A stretch of DNA of 64,000 bases from an uncultured Planctomycetota bacterium (GTDB lineage Bacteria > Planctomycetota > Planctomycetia > Pirellulales > Lacipirellulaceae), in contig CAVRBU010000002.1 of the NCBI GenBank assembly GCA_963719315.1, forward strand, positions 480,001 to 544,000, written 5' to 3'. The notes below the pieces were generated by a model, which was not told the DNA's origin, searched no databases, and saw nothing but the letters and a program-made list of their open reading frames with translations. Position numbers and translations under genes: made by a program. Shown here piece after piece: positions 1-9,719 of the stretch (the stretch's first letter is position 1; every line of letters begins with the position of its first letter).

Positions 1-89
1 AAAATGCTGAACCACGCTTTAGGGCGAAAGCGAAACGTCTTCCGAGCCGGAATCGGCAACGGCGGCGATACGGGTTTGATCCGCGGCAT
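1..89 (-). CDS. 5' end of a gene running off the window (MPRIKPVSPPLPIPARK...), downstream of murB
   Basis: ATG at 89 preceded by AAGGAGGT Shine-Dalgarno on the minus strand; frame open to the window edge. Confidence 0.6.
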   Translation of the reverse strand, partial: MPRIKPVSPPLPIPARKTFRFRPKAWFSI

Positions 90-140
90 GCGACACCTCC
101 TTGTGTCGGGTTCAGGTAGCGATGAACGGCTCGCCTATCG

Positions 141-1016
141 CTACCAAATTTCGATTTCCGTCTCCAACTCGACCCCCATTTTTTCGGCGACGCGATTGCG
201 AACTACATCCATCAATTGCAGCACGTCCTTCGCCGTAGCCCCCGGCTTGGCCACGAAAAAATTCGCGTGCCGCTGGCTGACTTCCGCGCCGCCGACTTGC
301 TCGCCCTTTAGACCACACTGGTCGATCAGCATGCCCGCGCTCATACCCCGCGGGTTCTTGAAGATGCAGCCGGTGTTCTCGTGGGCCATCGGCAGGTTCG
401 CCTTTTTGACGATCCACTGCTTCTGCATCCGCTTGGTGATCTCGACCGGATCTTCCTCTTCGAGCTCGAACACGGCCTCTAAGACCACGAGTTCATCGAG
501 GCTGCTTTGGCGATAGGCGAAGACCAGGTCGCCGCGGTCGCGTTGAATGATTTCGCCGCCGCGGGTCATTACGGTCGCGTGGCACGCCCATTGACCGATG
601 TCGCCGCCATGCGTGCCAGAGTTCCCGTGGAGTGCGCCGCCCACCGTGCCCGGGATGCCGACCAGCGGTTCCAAACCGGCGAGCCCCGCGCCGACCGTCA
701 CGGTAATCGCATTGGCCAAATTCGCGCCGCCGCCGACCGTCGCGAGTCGGCCGGCTATTTTGATATTTGTAAAACAAGCGTTTGCAAGGCTGATGACCAT
801 GCCGGCCACACCTTCATCGCGGACCAACACCTTCGAACCGCCGCCCAACAGCCGCGCTTGCAGGCCATTTTCGTGGCACCGCGCGACGACAGCTTGCAAT
901 TCTTCGCCCGAATTCGGCTCGGCAAAGTATTGAGCCGCTCCGCCAAGCTTGAACCAGGTCCGCTCTACCAGCGGCACGTTTTCGCGAACGCAATCAATTT
1001 CACTCATGGCTGCCAT
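141..1016 (-). CDS. murB: UDP-N-acetylenolpyruvoylglucosamine reductase
   Basis: TWFKLGG, LLGGGS, GIPGTVGG, GCIFKNP, HANFF and terminal LETEI motifs; start trimmed to ATG 1016 (or 1007). Confidence 0.92.
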   Translation of the reverse strand: MAAMSEIDCVRENVPLVERTWFKLGGAAQYFAEPNSGEELQAVVARCHENGLQARLLGGGSKVLVRDEGVAGMVISLANACFTNIKIAGRLATVGGGANLANAITVTVGAGLAGLEPLVGIPGTVGGALHGNSGTHGGDIGQWACHATVMTRGGEIIQRDRGDLVFAYRQSSLDELVVLEAVFELEEEDPVEITKRMQKQWIVKKANLPMAHENTGCIFKNPRGMSAGMLIDQCGLKGEQVGGAEVSQRHANFFVAKPGATAKDVLQLMDVVRNRVAEKMGVELETEIEIW

Positions 1017-1068
1017 TGAAAACCTCGCCAGAATTGTAGCAGGCACGCCCAGCGCACCGTAGCCCAGT

Positions 1069-1120
1069 GTAGCCCGCTCGCTCTGCGAGCGGATTTCGGT
1101 TCGCGGAGCGAGCCGTCTAC
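1069..1120. repeat. GTAG-footed REP-like inverted doublet
   Basis: GTAGcccgctcgctctgcgagcgg ... ggttcgcggagcgagccgtCTAC; one foot contains the trmL stop codon. Confidence 0.7.
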
Positions 1121-1587
1121 AATTCCCACTGCCGCAGTGCTTCGTAGGAGGCCACGGCAACGGTGTTCGAGAGGTTCAGGCTGCGAACTTCGGGCCTCGT
1201 CGGAATGCGGAGTTTGGCGTCCGAGTGAGCGGCCAGCAACGTCTCGGGCAGTCCTGCCGATTCGCTGCCAAACACCAGCGCGTCACCGCGCTCGTAGGCG
1301 ACATCCAGATACGACCGCTCGGCCTTTTTCGTAAACATCCAAAAACGCCGGTCCGGTAGTGCCCCCCGCAGCTCGTCCCAATTGTCGACGGCCTGCCAGG
1401 CGAGGTGCTCCCAATAATCCAGCCCCGCACGCCGCAGGTAATAGTCGTCCATGCGAAACCCCAGCGGCCTCACCAGCCACAGCTTCGCCCCGACCGCCAC
1501 GCACGTGCGGCCGACGCTCCCCGTGTTATAGGGTATCTCCGGCTGATGGAGCACGATGTGCAGCACGGGCTCGTAAAGCGAAGTCAT
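1117..1587 (-). CDS. trmL: tRNA (cytidine/uridine-34 2'-O)-methyltransferase, SPOUT family
   Basis: PEIPYNTG, LRRAGLDYW, LVFGSESAGLP, RSLNLSN motifs. Confidence 0.92.
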   Translation of the reverse strand: MTSLYEPVLHIVLHQPEIPYNTGSVGRTCVAVGAKLWLVRPLGFRMDDYYLRRAGLDYWEHLAWQAVDNWDELRGALPDRRFWMFTKKAERSYLDVAYERGDALVFGSESAGLPETLLAAHSDAKLRIPTRPEVRSLNLSNTVAVASYEALRQWEL

Positions 1588-1758
1588 GGACACTTGCGCA
1601 CGCGGACTAGACGACTTATAATGCCGAACCATTCTATACAATCTTCACCACGCAAATTAGGTCTCAAGCAAAGTCATTAAGGCGCGAAGTAGTAGAGAAA
1701 ACAATCTAGCCGTTAATGGCTTTTCTCCAAGCGAAACATCCAGAAAGACAACAACTCA

Positions 1759-2846
1759 ATGACAATTGGTTTCGGCATCGTCGGCTGCGGCATGATTAGC
1801 AACTTTCACGCAAAGGCAATCGCCGACGTGCGGGGCACGAAGCTCGTGGCCTGCTTTGATACGCGCAAAGAAGCCGCGGAAAAGTTCGCCGCGACCAACG
1901 GTTGCACGGCATACACCGACCTCAACAAGATGCTGGCCGATCCCAAACTGTCTATCGTCACGATCGCCACGCCAAGCGGCGCCCACATGGAACCTGCCGT
2001 TGCGGCGGCCAAGGCCGGCAAGCACGTCATCATCGAGAAGCCGTTGGAGATCACGCTCAAGAAATGCGACCGGATCATCGAAGCGTGCGAGAAAGCCGGC
2101 GTGCAGTGCGGGGCCATCTTTCCGTCGCGGTTTCACGATTCGAGCGTGAAGATCAAGAAGGCCGTCGAAGGCGGACGGTTCGGCAAACTGACGCTCGGCG
2201 ATTCCTACGTCAAGTGGTTTCGCACGCAGGAGTATTACGACAGCGGCGCTGGCGCGGCACATGGGCTCTCGATGGCGGCGGGGCGCTCATGAACCAGGCG
2301 ATCCACAGCGTCGATCTGCTCACCTGGCTGATGGGTCCGGTCGTCGAGATCCAAGCCAATACCGCCACGCTCGCCCACGTGCGGATTGAAGTCGAGGATA
2401 CCGTGGTTGCCACGCTGCGATTCGCCAACGGTGCGCTCGGTGTACTCGAAGCGACAACCGCCGCCTACCCCGGCTATTTGAAGCGAATCGAAATCCACGG
2501 CTCCGAAGGCTCGGCCCTGCTCGAAGAAGAGGACCTCAAGGCTTGGGATTTCGCCAAGCCACGCAAGGAGGACAAGGCAATCCTCGACCAGATGAAACAG
2601 CACAAAAGCACGGGCGGTGGGGCCAGCGACCCATCGGCAATCGGCCATCACGGCCACACGTTGCAATTCCGCGATTTCGTCGAGGCGGTGATAAAGAACC
2701 GCCCGCCGGCGATCGACGGCTACGAAGGCCGCCGCTCCGTCGAGATCATTCTGGGCGTGTACAAGGCCGCCGAGACAGGGAAGCCCGTAAAGCTGCCGCT
2801 GAAATCCGACCCGGTGCTCAAGGCGCGAAAGGCGGGGAAGAAATGA
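1759..2846 (+). CDS. Gfo/Idh/MocA oxidoreductase, split by a frameshift near 2249
   Basis: GIVGCGMI and IIEKPL in frame 1; WRGTWALDGGGALMNQAIH in frame 2. Confidence 0.88.
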
Positions 2847-2862
2847 CGTACTGTCCGTCCTT

Positions 2863-5199
2863 TTAAGGTCCGCCGAATAATGACTTATTGAAATCCAGTT
2901 CCTCTAACATCCCGTCTAAGAGGTGGCCAATTCCTAGGAAAAAGTTTGCGCTAATGCGCACGGCTTTTAATTGGCGCATTGACAGCGGCTTGACACGCAA
3001 GAATTCAGACGGCGTCGACCGAATTCTTCCGAGGCCGGCTACGATTGATGATAAGAATGCGACGAGGCTGGCAAGCAACCACGTGCTCGGTTCCGGAACA
3101 GCATTGATCTCCGTTGTTGCAACTTGAACGGTGGTTGCACCTCGCGCAGATCCGAAATTAGATCTCCATAGCTCATAGCCGGCGGAGTTGCCATTGGACT
3201 TGCGCCAGATGAGATAGTCGGCCGCATCGACGGTGCCATCTCGGTTGAAATCGCCATCCAGTACTGGCGTCAAGAGATAGGGAAACTGGCCGCCGGTTTG
3301 TGAGCTGCGCTTACCGAAACCAAGGATTTGACCGAGAGCATTGACAGTTGCCGTGGAGACTGGCTTGACAGCACTATCACCTAGCAGCGATTCCCAGCCG
3401 TTGGCGGCGAGGCCGCCGTCGACTAGCGAGCCTAAATCGTGCAGACCGTCGGCGATGGTGAAATAAAAGGCTCGATCGCCGAGATTGTTGTCTTGAGCGT
3501 CGAACAGAGTGTACGCCCCCAAGACCAGCCCGTCGTCGCCCAGGTAATCGGCGCGGCTGTACGCGTAGCCGTCGCTGCGAGTGGACAGAGTAAGTGTCAG
3601 AGTCTGGCTAAGGGCCGGTTCGAAGATCCAGGCGTCTTGGCCCAATTGGGTACCACCGCCGTTGTAGCGGTAAGAGATTCCAATGGCTTGCCCCGCATCG
3701 CTCAGTTGTCGGAGGTCGCTAAATTTGTAGCCATCGTTGCGCGTGTGTAGGTTGTCAGCGAGGCCGATATTAGTCGTGGTCGCACCGTCGTATAGCCAAG
3801 TGCTGCGGCCTATATCGGCGCTGCCGCCACTGAAGCGATTCGAGAACCCGCCGACGTGTCCTGCCTCGTCTACTTGTTGAGCATTACTGGATTTGTAGCC
3901 GTCGTTTCGCGTGTGTTCGGTGCCGGTAAGACCGATCGGGATGGTGGATGCGCCGTCGTAGAGCCAGGCGGTTTGCCCCAATTGGTTGCCGCCGTTGTAG
4001 CGATCGGAATAGCCAATGACCTGGCCCGCTTCGTTCAGTTTGCCCTCAAAGCTGAATCGGTAACCGTCATTACGCGTGTATTCGGGGCCCGTGAGACCGA
4101 TGTCGATTGTCGTTGCACCGTTGTAGAGCCAGGCACTATAGCCTAATTGAGCGCTGCCGCCGTTGTAACGGTAGGAATGGCCCAGGACTTGTCCCGCGGC
4201 GTTCATTGAGTAGGCAGTACTGTATTTGAAGCCGTCATTGCGGGTGTGTTCGCTGCCTACCAAACCGATATCGATGGTTGCCGTGCCGTTAAACAGCCAC
4301 GCCGTCTGACCGAATCCAGAACCGCCATTGAAACGGTCTGCATATCCGCGGACATATCCAGCCGCATTCATTTGGCGGACCTCGCTAAAACGATAACCAT
4401 CGTTACGGGTGTGCTCGGGCCCGGCGAGGCTAATGTCGATGGTCGTCGAGCCGTCGTAGAGCCAGGCGGTTTGGCCAAAGTCCGTGCTCGTTCCGTTGAA
4501 GCGGAGGGCGGTGCCCGCAACTTCTCCCGCTGCGTTGAGTGCGACGGCTTCGCTCCCTTGGTAACCATTGCTGCGGGTGTGTTCGGGACCAGTCAGGCTG
4601 ATGTTGATTGTGTTTGTTCCGTCGTACAACCAGGCGGTAGAACCCAAAAAGTCTGCGCTGCCGTTGTAGCGTTGCGAGTAACCAACGACCTGCCCTGCAT
4701 CGTTCGACGAGTTGGTACCGCTAAGCTTGTACCCATCGCTTCGCGTGTACTCGGGTCCGGCAAAGCCGAGCGCAGATGTTGCTGAGCCGTTGTAGAGCCA
4801 AACGGTCTGACCCAAGTTTGCATTGCCGCCATTGTATCGACTCGAATAGCCGATGACCTGCCCCTGCTCGTTCAGCCTGCTGGCGACGCTTTTCCTGTAT
4901 CCGTCATTTCGTGTGTACTCGGCGCCTGTAAGCCCGAGTGCGGAAATCGTTGAGCCGTCGAAGAGCCAGGCGGTTTGGCCCAAGCTCGTGCTTCCGCCGT
5001 TGTAGCGATACGAGTAGCCGGCGACCTGCCCCGAATTGTTCAGTCCTCCGGCGACGCTGTATTGATAGCCGTCGTTGCGAGTGTGCTCGAGATCGTCGAA
5101 ACCGAGCGGTGCGATGTCGTAACTGGGTACGGCCGATACTGGCGGCGCGACCGCAATCAAGATAAGTGCGGTCAATAAGCAGGGAACAAAAATGTGCAT
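2863..5199 (-). CDS. Secreted ~56-aa repeat (HAF-like) protein with dockerin-like module and PEP-CTERM
   Basis: Signal peptide; 9 conserved repeats E(H/Y)TRNDGY..LNxAGQVxGYS.RYNGG..LGQTAWLYDG; GDFNRDGTVDAADY; VPEPSTWLL. Confidence 0.85.
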   Translation of the reverse strand: MHIFVPCLLTALILIAVAPPVSAVPSYDIAPLGFDDLEHTRNDGYQYSVAGGLNNSGQVAGYSYRYNGGSTSLGQTAWLFDGSTISALGLTGAEYTRNDGYRKSVASRLNEQGQVIGYSSRYNGGNANLGQTVWLYNGSATSALGFAGPEYTRSDGYKLSGTNSSNDAGQVVGYSQRYNGSADFLGSTAWLYDGTNTINISLTGPEHTRSNGYQGSEAVALNAAGEVAGTALRFNGTSTDFGQTAWLYDGSTTIDISLAGPEHTRNDGYRFSEVRQMNAAGYVRGYADRFNGGSGFGQTAWLFNGTATIDIGLVGSEHTRNDGFKYSTAYSMNAAGQVLGHSYRYNGGSAQLGYSAWLYNGATTIDIGLTGPEYTRNDGYRFSFEGKLNEAGQVIGYSDRYNGGNQLGQTAWLYDGASTIPIGLTGTEHTRNDGYKSSNAQQVDEAGHVGGFSNRFSGGSADIGRSTWLYDGATTTNIGLADNLHTRNDGYKFSDLRQLSDAGQAIGISYRYNGGGTQLGQDAWIFEPALSQTLTLTLSTRSDGYAYSRADYLGDDGLVLGAYTLFDAQDNNLGDRAFYFTIADGLHDLGSLVDGGLAANGWESLLGDSAVKPVSTATVNALGQILGFGKRSSQTGGQFPYLLTPVLDGDFNRDGTVDAADYLIWRKSNGNSAGYELWRSNFGSARGATTVQVATTEINAVPEPSTWLLASLVAFLSSIVAGLGRIRSTPSEFLRVKPLSMRQLKAVRISANFFLGIGHLLDGMLEELDFNKSLFGGP

Positions 5200-5715
5200 G
5201 GCGCTGGACCCCGGCGAAACCGGTGTTGCGAGAACTCGCGAAGCCGAAATTATCGGCTAAAACTTAGGATAAGTCAATTTGCCAGCAAGCAGCGCGCGAT
5301 CGCCGCGACGGTCAGGCACAACTGGTTAGCGGCGCTTCATGGCCCGCTTGAGGGCGGATCCCATGTCGGCGCAGCGCGCTCCGTGGCCTCTCGGGCCGCA
5401 ACGACGACGCGTGGTCTCGCGGTCATAATGAGTCGAGGCACACGGCGAGGCCACTCACGCTCTCACATCAGGGACGGGGCTACCGTATCGATGGGCTGAA
5501 TGGCCGTTCGCACGTGGCTAGAGCCAGAACGTCTTCCGCAGCTAACGTCGAGTGAACATTTCACGCCCTGCCCTAGCACAAGTGGCGGCCAAAAACTAGA
5601 AAAATTATTGAAGGTAAAAGGCGCGGACGAAAACTGGCGCTTGAACTCAAATGTTGGCGTAAGCGAAGTGGTTGTAGGGTGAGCTGTTTAGTGAGGTGGA
5701 CACCAACAGTTTTCC

Positions 5716-6762
5716 TTAACGTTGCGAGCGACGGCGCAAATGGCCGAACTTCACCAGTGCCACGAACATTAGGACCAGCGAGCTCGGCTCCGGCACCGCC
5801 ACTAAATCGCAAGCACGATTGATCCAATCGATATCGGCCTGAGTGAGCGCGACGCCATAGTTCTCGACACCGAACGCTTTATAGCCCATTGGAGAACCCA
5901 TCGGATTATTCGAAAGGTTCGTGCCGGTGTGTACGGCGAATTGATTGTTCGTGAAATAAGAGAGGCCCGTCGATTCATCGTGGTCGGGGTCTGACGAAAA
6001 ATAGGGCGAGCCGGAGTCGGCGCCGTACGTGGTGCCGGAGCCAGGTATGCTGCCTACGGCCGTAGGATCGTCGATGTGCCAGATAGCGGCCTCGGTGTAC
6101 GTGTAGCCAATGGCCGTGAAATTGGACGCCATCGTGGCAATCGTATCGATCTTGTCGTTCATGAAACGCTGCGTGCCGTAGCGATCCTGGCTTTGGTAAC
6201 CGTCGTTGCCGGCAGGCGCGAACTGATCGACGAGCTGCCCTTCATTGCCGTAGCCGATATCCGTGAAGGGGAAGAATGAACTGGCGGTGATCAGATTGCG
6301 CACCAGCGCATTATAGTCCGGGTCGTACGCTCCATATTTCACACCCATTACCGCATAGTCGGAAGTGCCGGTCGGTCCGTTCCGCATGACATTCATCGCC
6401 TGCATGTAGGGCGAGTTGCCCGTATCTTTGTTTGAGTTGCCGAAGGCGATTCCCGGCTTGCTCACGAGCGCGCCGCCGAACATTCCAGTACTCGAGACTG
6501 CGTGGTCGGCCGTCAGAACGCAGAGCACTCCCATACCAGTAATGTCGTGGTTTCCGATGATGGTGCCCGTGCCTTCGAAATACCCGTCGCCTGCGTCTTG
6601 CTTGCCAGGATTGTCGTACAGGACGCGGACCACGGAGTCAAAAGTCGGATTAAGCGTTTGATTCTCGGGTCCGATGGCGCGGGATTCACTCGACAGCACG
6701 AGGAGCCCGGCAGTCAAAGCGGCCGTAAGCGACCAATAAGCGATTCTGTTTGTACCGATCAT
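5716..6762 (-). CDS. PEP-CTERM-anchored trypsin-like (S1) serine protease
   Basis: Signal peptide; VLTADH (His), SDYAV (Asp), GADSGSP (Ser); VPEPSSLV-TM-RRRSQR tail. Confidence 0.78.
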   Translation of the reverse strand: MIGTNRIAYWSLTAALTAGLLVLSSESRAIGPENQTLNPTFDSVVRVLYDNPGKQDAGDGYFEGTGTIIGNHDITGMGVLCVLTADHAVSSTGMFGGALVSKPGIAFGNSNKDTGNSPYMQAMNVMRNGPTGTSDYAVMGVKYGAYDPDYNALVRNLITASSFFPFTDIGYGNEGQLVDQFAPAGNDGYQSQDRYGTQRFMNDKIDTIATMASNFTAIGYTYTEAAIWHIDDPTAVGSIPGSGTTYGADSGSPYFSSDPDHDESTGLSYFTNNQFAVHTGTNLSNNPMGSPMGYKAFGVENYGVALTQADIDWINRACDLVAVPEPSSLVLMFVALVKFGHLRRRSQR

Positions 6763-6891
6763 TAGCCATCTCCCTATCAACGTGGAAAGCAGGACGGCGC
6801 GAAAGTGCGCGGCTATTTTACCAGCCGGAATTAGCCACAGCAATAATTCCAGATTATTTTTCTGACAATTCTGGCGCGTGGATAGGCGTTG

Positions 6892-7809
6892 TCACCCACG
6901 TTTTATCACTCGCTGCATGGCGGCGCCCATATCGGCGGGGCTTTGGGCGATTTCGATGCCGGCCGCTGCCAGGGCGGCGATTTTTTCTTCCGCGGTGCCT
7001 TTGCCGCCGGCGATGATCGCGCCGGCGTGGCCCATCCGCTTGCCCTTCGGCGCGGTGCGGCCAGCGATGAACGCAGCCATTGGTTTGGTGACGTGCTTCT
7101 TCGCGAACGCGGCGGCTTCTTCTTCCGCGGTGCCGCCGATTTCGCCCATCATGAGGATTGCTTCGGTTTGATCGTCGGCCTGATAAAGCTTCAAGAGGTC
7201 GATGAACGAGGTGCCGACGATTGGATCGCCGCCGAGGCCGACGCAAGTGGATTGGCCGAGGCCGAGGTTCGAGAGCTGCCACACGGCTTCGTAGGTGAGC
7301 GTGCCGCTGCGGCTCATGACGCCGATGGGGCCTTTCTTGTGGATGTAGCCGGGCATAATGCCGATTTTGCACTCTTCGGGCGTGATGACGCCGGGACAGT
7401 TGGGGCCGATGAGGTGGACGGGTGGTCGAGAGTCGAGGGTCGAGGGTCGAGTGCCAGAATCGTTGATGGTTTGAAGGCGGTCGTAGACGCGGACCATGTC
7501 GAGGACGGGAACGCCTTCGGTAATGGCGACGACGACGGAGCAGCCGGCGTCCACCGCTTCGAGGATGGCGTCGGCGGTGAAAGCGGCGGGGACGAAGATC
7601 ATGGCGGCGTCGGCGCCCGTTTTTTCCACGGCTTCGTACATGGTGTCGAATACGGGCAGGCCGAGCGCGGTCTGGCCGCCCTTCCCTGGCGTGACGCCGG
7701 CGACGAGCTTGGTGCCGTATTCGAGGCAGTTCTTGGAATGGAACTCGCCCGCTTTGCCGGTGATGCCTTGGCAGACGACGCGGGTGTTTCTGTTGATTAA
7801 GATGCTCAT
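6892..7809 (-). CDS. sucD: Succinyl-CoA ligase alpha subunit
   Basis: [38 protein letters not shown]. Confidence 0.97.
   Translation of the reverse strand: MSILINRNTRVVCQGITGKAGEFHSKNCLEYGTKLVAGVTPGKGGQTALGLPVFDTMYEAVEKTGADAAMIFVPAAFTADAILEAVDAGCSVVVAITEGVPVLDMVRVYDRLQTINDSGTRPSTLDSRPPVHLIGPNCPGVITPEECKIGIMPGYIHKKGPIGVMSRSGTLTYEAVWQLSNLGLGQSTCVGLGGDPIVGTSFIDLLKLYQADDQTEAILMMGEIGGTAEEEAAAFAKKHVTKPMAAFIAGRTAPKGKRMGHAGAIIAGGKGTAEEKIAALAAAGIEIAQSPADMGAAMQRVIKRG
7424..7458. repeat. Heptamer (GTCGAG[A/G]) array inside sucD
   Basis: ggtcgagagtcgagggtcgagggtcgagtgccaga; near-identical copy at 14486-14513. Confidence 0.8.
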
Positions 7810-7855
7810 GGGGAAAGGCGTAAGGTGTAACGCTTAAGGTTCAAGTAGAAGGGAA

Positions 7856-8281
7856 TTATGGTTTGTTCGCCGGTTCGGTGTTGTTGTCGGAGGTCAGGTT
7901 TTTGAATTTCTTGCCGGCGCGGGCGAAGCCGGCGCCACGGATGCCGAGGATGACGCCGAATGCGATCAAGAACGCGCCGGCAATCGCTATTTCCGTGAAC
8001 AGCAAAACGGCGCCGACGACCACAAACAGCAATCCGAAAAACGCGGTGGAGGCAAACGCCTGGTGGTAAACCTTTGCCGATGTGCCGTAGACGACTTTGC
8101 GTTCGTTCACAGCTCGTTCGGAATCAGCGAATAATTGACGAGCGCGGGCAACTTCCTTTTCACAATTGCCACGGCACGACAGTCTCCCTTCGACTACCGT
8201 TGTGCAATCTTTGCACAGACCGCGACCGCAGTTCGTGCAAGTGCCGACGGCAGGCTTCTGAGGGTGTTCAAAACAATTCAT
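7856..8281 (-). CDS. B-box-type zinc finger membrane protein between sucC and sucD
   Basis: CxxH..CxxC..CxxC..CxxxC N-terminus, two TM helices; ATGA overlap with the sucC stop. Confidence 0.75.
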   Translation of the reverse strand: MNCFEHPQKPAVGTCTNCGRGLCKDCTTVVEGRLSCRGNCEKEVARARQLFADSERAVNERKVVYGTSAKVYHQAFASTAFFGLLFVVVGAVLLFTEIAIAGAFLIAFGVILGIRGAGFARAGKKFKNLTSDNNTEPANKP

Positions 8282-9477
8282 GACCGCCCTGTCGAGCTTG
8301 CAGCCTTTACGACTTTGTTGGCAGCATCCGTGAGATCTCGGGCCGCGATGATATTGACGCCGCTTTCGGCGAGTATTTTTCTTCCTTGTTCCACTTCGGT
8401 GCCTTCCAGCCGTACGACGAGCGGGACGTTGAAGCCAACCTGCTTGTAGGACTCGACGATCGCACTGGCGATCGTGGTGCAGCGCATGATGCCGCCGAAA
8501 ATGTTAACCAGTACGGCCTTTACGTTTTTGTCGGAGAGCAGGATGCGAAACGCTTCGGTTACTTGTTCGGTGTTCGCGCCGCCGCCGACGTCGAGGAAGT
8601 TGGCTGGTTCGCCGCCGTGCAATTTAATCAGGTCCATCGTGGCCATTGCGAGACCGGCGCCGTTCACGAGGCAGCCGATGTTGCCATCGAGTTGCACGTA
8701 ACTAAGGCCGGCACGGCTGGCGCGCAGTTCGTTGGGGTCTTCCTCCTCCATGTCGCGGAGTTCAGCCAGTTGCGGATGACGGAAGAGCGCGTTGTCGTCG
8801 AAGCTGATCTTGGCGTCCAGCGCGATGAGATCGCCCGCCTTCGTGACGACGAGCGGGTTGATTTCGACAAGGCTGCAATCGAGCTCGACAAACAGCTTGC
8901 ACAGGGAGCGCATGAATTTGTCGGCGGCGCGAACGGTTGCACCCGTTAGCTCCAGCTCGGAACACAGCTTGCGAACCTGGTATGGTTGGAGGCCGGCATC
9001 GGGGCAGAAGGTTTCTTTGAAGATGAGCTCGGGCGTTTTCGCGGCGACGTCTTCGATGTTCATGCCGCCGGCGCTGGAGGCCATCAGCACCGGAAGTGCG
9101 GCGGCGCGGTCGATGACGATTCCGAGGTACAGTTCGCGGGCGATTTCGCAACCGGCTTCGACGAGCACGCGGCGAACCGTTTGTCCTTCGGGGCCAGTTT
9201 GGATGGTGACGAGCTGGCAACCGAGCAGCCGGCCGGCGACCGTGGCGGCTTCTTCGGCGGTGCGGACGAGTTGGACACCGTGTTGTTCGGGGTTTTCGCG
9301 GAGAGTGCCTTTGCCGCGGCCGCCGGCGTGGATTTGGGCTTTCACGACGGCGAGCGTTCCATTGAGTTGCTTGAACGATGCGGCAGCTTCGTCGGGCGTG
9401 GTGACAACGAAGTTGTCCGGCACGGCGACGCCGGCCCCACGCAAGAGTTGTTTGGCCTGATACTCGTGAATTTTCAT
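8278..9477 (-). CDS. sucC: Succinyl-CoA ligase beta subunit
   Basis: [40 protein letters not shown]. Confidence 0.97.
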   Translation of the reverse strand: MKIHEYQAKQLLRGAGVAVPDNFVVTTPDEAAASFKQLNGTLAVVKAQIHAGGRGKGTLRENPEQHGVQLVRTAEEAATVAGRLLGCQLVTIQTGPEGQTVRRVLVEAGCEIARELYLGIVIDRAAALPVLMASSAGGMNIEDVAAKTPELIFKETFCPDAGLQPYQVRKLCSELELTGATVRAADKFMRSLCKLFVELDCSLVEINPLVVTKAGDLIALDAKISFDDNALFRHPQLAELRDMEEEDPNELRASRAGLSYVQLDGNIGCLVNGAGLAMATMDLIKLHGGEPANFLDVGGGANTEQVTEAFRILLSDKNVKAVLVNIFGGIMRCTTIASAIVESYKQVGFNVPLVVRLEGTEVEQGRKILAESGVNIIAARDLTDAANKVVKAASSTGRS

Positions 9478-9517
9478 CCGGCTACTCTGGCAAGTTGGGT
9501 GAGCTTAGAATCGAATT

Positions 9518-9578
9518 GTGGGAGACCCTCTCTGAGTCCGATAAGCTAACTCATCTGGAGTCGCAATCGGCGTCGGGA
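9518..9578. repeat. GTGGGAG-footed REP-like element (family D), degenerate
   Basis: Resembles 54154-54225 and 56749-56819. Confidence 0.55.
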
Positions 9579-9588
9579 TTTGTCTCAT

Positions 9589-9664
9589 GCAGCTGAACTC
9601 GCAAGAGTTCAGATGTGAGCGGCGTCGAGTGCTTAATCGGCTGAATTCTTGCGAATTCAGCTAC
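9589..9664. repeat. REP-like doublet, family A (GTAGCTGAA..C-GCAA-G..TTC)
   Basis: gcagctgaactcgcaagagttcag ... ctgaattcttgcgaattcagctac. Confidence 0.8.
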
Positions 9665-9719
9665 ACCTTGATTAAAGTCGTCGAGTATAGCGCCCGACGG
9701 CAAAGTTGGTCAACCGGCG

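Noticed and set aside
5200..5715. Long intergenic stretch as a possible ncRNA or small ORFs
   Set aside because: No recognisable RNA motif, and the ORFs lack convincing starts or composition.
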